A program made the translations under genes and the position numbers. A stretch of 12,316 bases of DNA from a virus. The notes under the pieces are model-generated. The model searched no databases. It was not told the origin of the DNA and saw only the letters and a list, made by a program, of their open reading frames with translations. Positions within the stretch are counted from its first letter, which is position 1. Every line of letters begins with the position of its first letter. Positions 7,010-12,316 of the stretch are shown piece after piece. The stretch lies in the UHGV virus genome UHGV-0059442; one strand, given 5' to 3'.

Positions 7010-7432
7010 TTAGAAAAAACTTACTGGAGCCTTATGGTTGCGGTGATAGGGGCAGTGAAACAATGCGCGGTATTTGTACCGACAACCGTGACGATTGAGA
7101 TACAGGAAATATACCGCTTTCATGAAATCAGTAATTTCAGTTGAGTAATTAAACTCCTGCCTTATGTTGTAATAAGCTACCTCCCTGTTTGCGATCTCAA
7201 ATAAAACTCTGGCGCGAGATATAAACGATTCACAATCAGCGGCAACCTTTTTATAGAGGTTGATTAAATCAGGATTAATATCCGCAACCAGATAGCTGGG
7301 GTAATCCGTCTCCATCATCACAGCACAGGAACCCGCGAAAGGTTCAACCAGTCGCGGGCCAGCAGGAAGGTGTTTTTTCAGTTCGGACATAATGGCGGTT
7401 TTATTTCCCGCCCATTTCAGGATGGTGCTCAT
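7010..7432 (-). pseudogene. dam: DNA adenine methyltransferase (Dam, D12 class), N-terminal ~120 aa only
   Basis: From the internal Met: MSTILKWAGNKTAIMSELKKHLPAGPRLVEPFAGSCAVMMETDYPSYLVADINPDLINLYKKV...FLYLNRHGCRY... carries the AdoMet-binding motif (EPFAGS) and aligns with the first part of E. coli Dam, but the ORF ends at 7010 without the catalytic DPPY motif. Start ATGA-overlaps the upstream traR-like gene. Confidence 0.8.
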
Positions 7433-7656
7433 ACAGCACCTCCGTTGTAATGTTTGCCTTTCAGCTCTGCGATTTCCTGACAGGTAATGCAAAGCTGCAC
7501 ACCTGGAATGGCGCGGCGGCGTGCTGGCGGAATTGGCGCTTCACACTCAATGCAAAGCACGCGGGACACGCCCGGCGTTTTGGCACGGGCAGCACGGATA
7601 TGGCGCTGGCGTTCTTCTTCAACGCGCTGCTGTACAAGATCCATTGCATCAGCCAT
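7429..7656 (-). CDS. TraR/DksA-family C4 zinc-finger protein (phage early region)
   Basis: 75 aa with CIECEAPIPPARRRAIPGVQLCITCQ (C-x2-C-x17-C-x2-C); AGGAG SD upstream of ATG at 7656. Confidence 0.7.
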   Translation of the reverse strand: MADAMDLVQQRVEEERQRHIRAARAKTPGVSRVLCIECEAPIPPARRRAIPGVQLCITCQEIAELKGKHYNGGAV

Positions 7657-7889
7657 TAGTGGATCTCCTGCGCTTCGTTCTGGATTGCTTCAGCAGTTAC
7701 ACGCAGTAGTTCTGCTGCTTCGACGTGGTTTAGCTGGCGGGATGTGATATGACACGCCAGGCTATCAAGGCGAGCTGCCATTGCTTCAGCCCTTGCCCGG
7801 CGTTCTTCCAGACGAGCCTCTGTCAGTAAAATATTAAGCCCTGCATCATCCGGTCCGGTTTTAGTCGTGAGGGTTTCAATATTACGCAT
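7656..7889 (-). CDS. Hypothetical phage early protein
   Basis: 77-aa ORF from the ATG at 7889 with AGGAG SD about 8 nt upstream; Ala/Arg/Glu-rich, helical-looking; no family recognised. Confidence 0.45.
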   Translation of the reverse strand: MRNIETLTTKTGPDDAGLNILLTEARLEERRARAEAMAARLDSLACHITSRQLNHVEAAELLRVTAEAIQNEAQEIH

Positions 7890-7956
7890 AATCAATTCTC
7901 CTGAATTTAGATAAAGGGATACCCGGCGGGTTTACGCCATTAATTTCATTAGTTGG

Positions 7957-8298
7957 TTAATTCGGCATGGTTAGCCGTCTTGGAAATAAGCTCACCACTG
8001 CACGAAAATGATTCATTGCTTTAATCAACTCCCGCTTTTCGTCAGTGGTCAGCTCATTAATGCTGATGCTATGACGTTCAGCTGGAATTTTTGCCATAAA
8101 GAATATAGCAGCCAGTGCCCGTTTATTTTGTTCGTTATTGATATCCCGTGGATCACGCATATCTTTAATAAACCGCTCAAGCTCTGACTCAATATTCAGG
8201 CCAAATACTTTCGCCCTTAACTCCGCAATATGGTTAAGTCCATTCAGGCGTTCACCGGGGCTTAATGGAACAGTCGCCGCAGCGCCTTCAATAGCCAT
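7957..8298 (-). CDS. Hypothetical phage early protein
   Basis: 113-aa ORF with a G-rich SD before the ATG at 8298; no family recognised. Confidence 0.45.
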   Translation of the reverse strand: MAIEGAAATVPLSPGERLNGLNHIAELRAKVFGLNIESELERFIKDMRDPRDINNEQNKRALAAIFFMAKIPAERHSISINELTTDEKRELIKAMNHFRAVVSLFPRRLTMPN

Positions 8299-8462
8299 TT
8301 GTTCCCCCGTTTTTTCGTAGATAGTTCTGCCAGCAATTCATCTTGTGAACGGCACGGATGCCAGCGTTTACCATCCTCCCCCATGATCCAGCCGTGACCG
8401 TAGTGCATTGCCGGGCTTTGTTTTACCAGCAGCGATGCAAATGATGGTTCTTTCGTCAGCAT
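8262..8462 (-). CDS. Hypothetical phage early protein (position corresponds to fil/dhr of phage 186)
   Basis: 66 aa if started at the ATG at 8462 (GAGGTG SD 5 nt upstream, 7 nt after the cII stop); Cys/Trp/His-containing small protein. Confidence 0.4.
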   Translation of the reverse strand: MLTKEPSFASLLVKQSPAMHYGHGWIMGEDGKRWHPCRSQDELLAELSTKKRGNKWLLKALRRLFH

Positions 8463-8469
8463 AAGCACC

Positions 8470-8979
8470 TCACAGCAAACCGAATGACGCACCGAGGCCA
8501 GTTACAGTATCAACTGCACTTGCCATCGCAGGATTAGCCTGTAAACGGGCCTGCAATGAAACAGCCGCCAGCGCCATCAGTCGTGTTACAGAGTTAATGC
8601 TGCTGATAGCATCACGACGACCTGCACTGGTTTTTACATCGCCAGATACCGCACCTGCAGCAACACGCCCGATCTCTGCAGTTGCACTCATGACGTAATG
8701 CGGCAGTTTCTCTTTTGCCACCTCATTAATCGGAACACATGGCAGACAATGAATCTGTGCCAGAAAACCGTCTACCAACGTTGAATCTTCAGTCAGATCG
8801 GTAAGCAACCAGATTTCTGGTGCGGTGAGCTGATGCGGTTGATCTGGATTGAGTTTGTTTCGCAGTGTCTGAACATTCATTCCTGCACGTTCTGCCAGCT
8901 TTGCCATATTGTGACGTAGTGCAAAAGCTCTACAGGCTTCATCAAAATGCGGATGTTTGGAAATCTTGTAATCAAACAT
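8470..8979 (-). CDS. cII: CII-type lysogeny-establishment regulator (phage 186 CII family)
   Basis: 169 aa; MFDYKISKHPHFDEACRAFALRHNMAKLAERAGMNVQTLRNKLNPDQPHQLTAPEIWLLTDLTEDSTLVDGFLAQIHCLPCVP... matches my recollection of 186 CII nearly along its length, including the HTH. Confidence 0.8.
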   Translation of the reverse strand: MFDYKISKHPHFDEACRAFALRHNMAKLAERAGMNVQTLRNKLNPDQPHQLTAPEIWLLTDLTEDSTLVDGFLAQIHCLPCVPINEVAKEKLPHYVMSATAEIGRVAAGAVSGDVKTSAGRRDAISSINSVTRLMALAAVSLQARLQANPAMASAVDTVTGLGASFGLL

Positions 8980-9011
8980 GCTGCCCCCTTAGAAAGTTCT
9001 CATAATTGAAC

Positions 9012-9260
9012 TTAGTCACCAACGATGACATTAAAGTTGAAATTGGATTGGCCCATGTTTTTCCTGACTTGTTCCTTTTTGTACTCAAGGTAACGTATAC
9101 ATACTCTGTCTTTCGGTTTTTCTTTTCTTTCCAAGAATTTAGCGAGTTTACCATTATGAATCATTTGATATACCGAACCGCGAGAGCGGCCTTCCCATTC
9201 CGCGAACTCAGCTGGTGTCGCCATCACTTTTGGTACACGAATTGAAATGTCGTTGCTCAT
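9012..9260 (-). CDS. apl: Apl/Cox-type excisionase and lytic-switch regulator
   Basis: 82-aa first gene of the leftward early operon, divergent from cI; basic HTH-like small protein (...RGSVYQMIHNGKLAKFLERKEKPKDRVCIRYLEYKK...). Confidence 0.7.
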   Translation of the reverse strand: MSNDISIRVPKVMATPAEFAEWEGRSRGSVYQMIHNGKLAKFLERKEKPKDRVCIRYLEYKKEQVRKNMGQSNFNFNVIVGD

Positions 9261-9270
9261 AGTGCAGTAT
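9242..9270 (+). promoter_or_regulatory. Candidate lysogenic promoter pL for cI-int
   Basis: TTGAAA (9242-9247) - 17 nt - CAGTAT (9265-9270) on the plus strand inside the apl 5' end, facing cI. Confidence 0.35.
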
Positions 9271-9310
9271 CTCTCGATTAAGGTTTGGTTTACGTCGTTT
9301 TATCTTGTTT

Positions 9311-9364
9311 TATTTGATTCAATATTTGATACACCAAGATACTACGATCCAATATTTGATACGT
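9311..9364. repeat. Direct repeats of an ATTTGATA-containing motif (candidate CI operators) overlapping pR
   Basis: GATTCAATATTTGATACAC (9316-9334) and GATCCAATATTTGATACGT (9346-9364), 17 of 19 identical, 30 bp apart; a further TATTTGAT at 9311-9318. Confidence 0.5.
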
Positions 9365-9367
9365 CAA
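9339..9367 (-). promoter_or_regulatory. Candidate lytic promoter pR for apl-cII operon
   Basis: On the minus strand TTGACG (9367-9362) - 17 nt - TAGTAT (9344-9339); strong sigma-70 match, oriented toward apl. Confidence 0.5.
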
Positions 9368-9379
9368 CAGGATTAAAAA

Positions 9380-10012
9380 ATGATACAAGTAAAAGCTGGC
9401 GAGAATACAGGGGGAAGAGAGGCTATCCATAGGCTAATGGCAGCCTATGATTTCAAGTCCAGACAGCAACTTTGCGATCACTTGGGCGCATCAAAAAGCA
9501 CTATGGCAAACAGATACTTAAGAGATAGTTTTCCTGCAGAATGGGTGATTCAGTGCGCTTTGGAAACAGGAGTTTCTTTACTGTGGCTAACTACCGGACA
9601 GGGCGATCCAGGTTCAAACATTGACCCTAAAAGAAATATCAATTCCGTGAACTCTAGCAAAGTTAAACCTCTTTCGGAGCTTGTATCTCCTGAAATTGAC
9701 AAGGCAACTCTCAACGGAGGTTTGCTGATCGATGCTGGAAAAGCAATCATTGATAGCAGCATACTCCCCTCAGACTCAAGCAACCTGCTGCTGGTGACTA
9801 CTTCTGGTGATTCTTATTTAATAGATCGCAACCAAACACCACCAGTAAATGGTACGTGGTTAGTGGACATCGACGGGATAAAAAGCATTGTAAAATTGAC
9901 ACGACTCCCGGGAAACAGATTAGTAGTGCATCAGGATGATTCATCGTTTGAGTGCGAACTGGATGACATTGAGGTAATAGGCCGCGCACTGAAAATCATT
10001 AAGAGCCTTTGA
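9380..10012 (+). CDS. cI: CI-type immunity repressor (186-like, HTH N-terminal domain plus C-terminal domain)
   Basis: 210 aa; N-terminal HTH (SRQQLCDHLGASKSTMANRYLRDSFPAEWVIQCALETGVSLLWL); sits immediately upstream of int and divergent from apl. Size fits 186 CI rather than the ~100-aa P2 C. Confidence 0.8.
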   Translation: MIQVKAGENTGGREAIHRLMAAYDFKSRQQLCDHLGASKSTMANRYLRDSFPAEWVIQCALETGVSLLWLTTGQGDPGSNIDPKRNINSVNSSKVKPLSELVSPEIDKATLNGGLLIDAGKAIIDSSILPSDSSNLLLVTTSGDSYLIDRNQTPPVNGTWLVDIDGIKSIVKLTRLPGNRLVVHQDDSSFECELDDIEVIGRALKIIKSL

Positions 10013-10013
10013 T

Positions 10014-11036
10014 ATGACCATCAGAAAACAGCCGAACGGAAAGTGGTTATGTGAATGCTACCCAAACGGGCGAGATGGCAAACGCGTACGCAAACAATTT
10101 GCGACGAAAGGCGAAGCCATTGCGTTTGAGAATTTCACCATGGACGAGGTAAACAAGAAACCTTGGCTAGGAGAAAAAGAAGATCGGCGACAACTGTCAG
10201 AAGTGATTGAGCAGTGGTATTCCCTGTATGGTCAGACACTCGCTGACCCAAAGCGTTTGATGGCAAAATTAAAAATTATTTGTACCGGTCTCGGCAATCC
10301 TATTGCCTCGGAACTGACAGCAGGTGATTTCACAAAATATCGGGAAGCCAGATTAAAGGGGGAGGTCAAAAATGAAGACGGTGTTTTCATGTCCCCCGTA
10401 AAACCTCGCACGGTTAATCTTGAGCAGCGTAACCTGTCATCTGTATTCGGCACATTGAAAAAACTAGGACACTGGTCAGCACCAAACCCATTGGCAGGGC
10501 TTCCAACATTTAAAATTGCTGAAGGTGAATTGGCATTCCTATCTCAGGAGGAAATTAAACGCCTACTTGACGCCTGCGCAAACTCTCAAAATCCAAGTCT
10601 GTTGATGATCGCAAAGGTATGCTTGGCTACCGGCGCGCGCTGGAGTGAAGCGGAAAACTTACAGGGCCACCAATTATCAAAATACCGTATTACCTATACA
10701 AAGACGAAAGGAAAGAAAAATAGGACAGTACCGATATCTCAGGCTCTCTATGACGAACTCCCCAAAAACAGAGGGAAGTTATTCACGCCATGCAGAAAGG
10801 CTTTTGAACGAGCGGTCAAACGGGCTGGTATTGAACTGCCTGAAGGTCAGTGTACCCATGTTCTGCGCCATACATTCGCCAGTCATTTTATGATGAACGG
10901 TGGAAACATACTCGTTTTGAAAGATATTCTTGGGCATTCAGATATTAAAATGACTATGATTTATGCACATTTTTCCCCTGATCATTTAGAAGATGCAGTA
11001 ACTAAAAATCCACTTTATTCGCTATTAAAGGACTAA
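10014..11036 (+). CDS. int: Tyrosine integrase (P2/186 family)
   Basis: 340 aa; C-terminal catalytic region ...HVLRHTFASHFMMNGGNILVLKDILGHSDIKMTMIYAHF... with conserved Arg, His-x-x-Arg and Tyr; ATG 1 nt after the cI stop. Confidence 0.9.
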   Translation: MTIRKQPNGKWLCECYPNGRDGKRVRKQFATKGEAIAFENFTMDEVNKKPWLGEKEDRRQLSEVIEQWYSLYGQTLADPKRLMAKLKIICTGLGNPIASELTAGDFTKYREARLKGEVKNEDGVFMSPVKPRTVNLEQRNLSSVFGTLKKLGHWSAPNPLAGLPTFKIAEGELAFLSQEEIKRLLDACANSQNPSLLMIAKVCLATGARWSEAENLQGHQLSKYRITYTKTKGKKNRTVPISQALYDELPKNRGKLFTPCRKAFERAVKRAGIELPEGQCTHVLRHTFASHFMMNGGNILVLKDILGHSDIKMTMIYAHFSPDHLEDAVTKNPLYSLLKD

Positions 11037-11039
11037 ATA

Positions 11040-12266
11040 ATGACTCTCCATCAAACTTTATCTAAAGAATTAAGAGATTTATTTGTTAGTATTTTAAGAC
11101 GTTCTCTTTTTCGCCCCCCCATCAAAATAAATGGGGATATAGTCTCTGATTTTTCAAACAGATGCGAGCAGTTCAAAGAGTGCCTAAATGAATACATTTG
11201 TGATAACAATAATGCTGCTTCCGAAAGAGTTAAGCCAAGAATTAAAACTATTGAAAAAATACAACATGGATTAACTAATTCTCTTAAAGCATTTTTATCT
11301 GGCGACATTAAAGGAGCCTACGATATTTTTGATGAAGTTTTATCATACCCTACTGTCTATAGACATCTAAGAAGAATATCCATTCCACTAAAAGAAATAT
11401 GTAATAAGCACAAGCCTTTATTCAGGGTAAGAAAGTCAGATAGACCAGTCGTAACAAGAAAGGAAATATTTCATATCCCATTCACTCATCGACATCTTGT
11501 CAATGCTCAACGCTACTCCGTTGCAGGTTTGCCATGCCTTTACTTAGGTTCATCTCTCTATATATGCTGGCAGGAAATGGATAAACCTGACTTTGATAAA
11601 TTATACCTATCATCATTTATATCTTGGGATGAGGAATCTTATATTTTAAATTTAGCTGCAGATTTTCTTTACAGTAGAACCGCTAAAGGATTTTACGGTG
11701 ATATTAGTAATAGAGATAACCTCATTAAAATATCATATTTAACTTTATGGCCTCTGATAATTGCATGTAATTATTTAAAGCAGAATGAAAACTCTTCATT
11801 TAATCAAGAATATATCATCCCAAATTTGTTAATGCAGTGGATAAGTCGACTTGAAGATAGAGCTATTGTCGGCATAGCATATCGCTCAACAAAAATAAAA
11901 AGAACAGCAAACTCACACTTAGCAACTAATGTCGTCTTGCCTCCAAAAGTAAACTATGAAGATACAATCACAAAACCTTATTGTCAGAAACTATTGTCAA
12001 TGTTTGAGTTTACTCAACCTGTATCATGGCAGGTTTTGAAAACATTAGACTATAAAATTGATAATGAAATAAATCAAGAGCAAGAAAAAGCAATTCATTT
12101 ACTAAAACAGAAAGAAAGATTAAGTGGCATACAAGATTTAAATGAAGATCTTATAAACCTTTATCCTTTAACAGACTTCTACAAGCTAGAACAGTGCATG
12201 GATCGCCTGCTACAGTATGATGTACTTGAGATAAAATCTGGCGGCACTTTGGCGGCAGAGCATTAA
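11040..12266 (+). CDS. RES-domain protein with N- and C-terminal extensions (putative standalone toxin/defence effector)
   Basis: 408-aa ORF, ATG 3 nt after the int stop; strongly AT-rich. Central region shows RES-domain hallmarks: LFRVRK..., AQRYSVAGLPCLYLGSSLYICWQEM (compare the G-R-W-N...P-x-L-Y...E core of RES toxins) and the C-terminal motif IAYRSTKIKRTANSHLATNVVLPP (compare ...PSA...N-x-V-L). About 125 aa upstream and 100 aa downstream of the RES core are unassigned. Confidence 0.6.
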   Translation: MTLHQTLSKELRDLFVSILRRSLFRPPIKINGDIVSDFSNRCEQFKECLNEYICDNNNAASERVKPRIKTIEKIQHGLTNSLKAFLSGDIKGAYDIFDEVLSYPTVYRHLRRISIPLKEICNKHKPLFRVRKSDRPVVTRKEIFHIPFTHRHLVNAQRYSVAGLPCLYLGSSLYICWQEMDKPDFDKLYLSSFISWDEESYILNLAADFLYSRTAKGFYGDISNRDNLIKISYLTLWPLIIACNYLKQNENSSFNQEYIIPNLLMQWISRLEDRAIVGIAYRSTKIKRTANSHLATNVVLPPKVNYEDTITKPYCQKLLSMFEFTQPVSWQVLKTLDYKIDNEINQEQEKAIHLLKQKERLSGIQDLNEDLINLYPLTDFYKLEQCMDRLLQYDVLEIKSGGTLAAEH

Positions 12267-12316
12267 AAATAGGTAAAACAAGCAAACACACAATAACACT
12301 AACATACTAATTTTAA

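Larger units (their letters stand above)
559..11036. mobile_element. Cryptic 186-like (P2-family) prophage remnant with multiple internal deletions
   Basis: Gene order ogr-D'-U'-J'-W-V-S-R-lysC/lysB-lysA'-M'-N-O-dam'-early ORFs-cII-apl | cI-int is the P2/186 prophage order with large blocks missing; the ends were not defined because no att core or tRNA was found. Confidence 0.85.

Noticed and set aside
7060-7077. ACA-N12-TGT dyad (ACAATGCGCGGTATTTGT) upstream of O as a possible late promoter
   Set aside because: Half-sites are in the opposite order to the TGT-N12-ACA consensus and the element sits inside the residual dam coding frame; kept only as a note, not called.
2542-7747. Other antisense ORFs in the track (for example 2703..2996, 3044..3568, 3412..3807, 4592..4915, 4755..5237, 5604..6266, 6238..6693, 7487..7747)
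   Set aside because: Each overlaps a well-supported minus-strand phage gene (V, S, R, M, N, O, traR-like); composition-driven open frames without homology.
8972-9245. ORFs 8972..9154 (minus) and 9006..9245 (plus) overlapping apl
   Set aside because: apl in the third minus frame (9012..9260) has the expected position, size and HTH-like sequence; the others are alternative-frame artefacts of the same AT-rich stretch.
9550-9989. Minus-strand ORFs 9550..9783 and 9798..9989 inside cI, and 11051..11308 inside the RES gene, 10232..10453 and plus-strand 10645..10893 inside int
   Set aside because: Embedded within or antisense to strongly supported genes, without start signals or recognisable domains.
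1-12316. Search by eye for att core, tRNA or sRNA integration target (including the P2 locI-type core resembling the 3' end of cyaR) at both ends
   Set aside because: No tRNA-like cloverleaf sequence and no shared direct repeat between the left flank (1-49, 533-558) and right flank (11037-11039, 12267-12316) could be found; the prophage boundaries therefore remain undefined.
1-12316. CRISPR array or other regularly spaced repeats
   Set aside because: No repeat-spacer periodicity anywhere; the only repeats are the short operator-like motifs at 9311-9364.

Overview
The window is a heavily decayed P2/186-family prophage remnant (186-like: cI-int operon, apl, cII, ogr/delta-type activator), with late genes on the minus strand and the immunity/integration module on the plus strand at the right end. 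Retained and apparently intact: ogr, baseplate W and V, tail completion S and R, spanins lysB/lysC, capsid N, scaffold O, a TraR/DksA-like zinc-finger gene, three small early ORFs, cII, apl, cI and int. At least four internal deletions are inferred from abrupt homology or frame switches: inside D (apparently in-frame), J-to-U (loss of fibres, sheath, tube, tape measure), M-to-lysA (loss of L, X, holin, endolysin) and dam-to-O (loss of replication gene, cos, portal, large terminase). Two AT-rich genes cap the remnant: a 408-aa RES-domain protein whose ATG sits 3 nt after the int stop (the best candidate for an undescribed toxin/defence function) and a 160-aa WYL-like/BRCT-like protein converging on ogr. 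No tRNA, rRNA, CRISPR array or att core could be identified by eye. All homology calls come from reading the supplied translations against remembered protein families, not from database searches, and GC statements are by-eye estimates.
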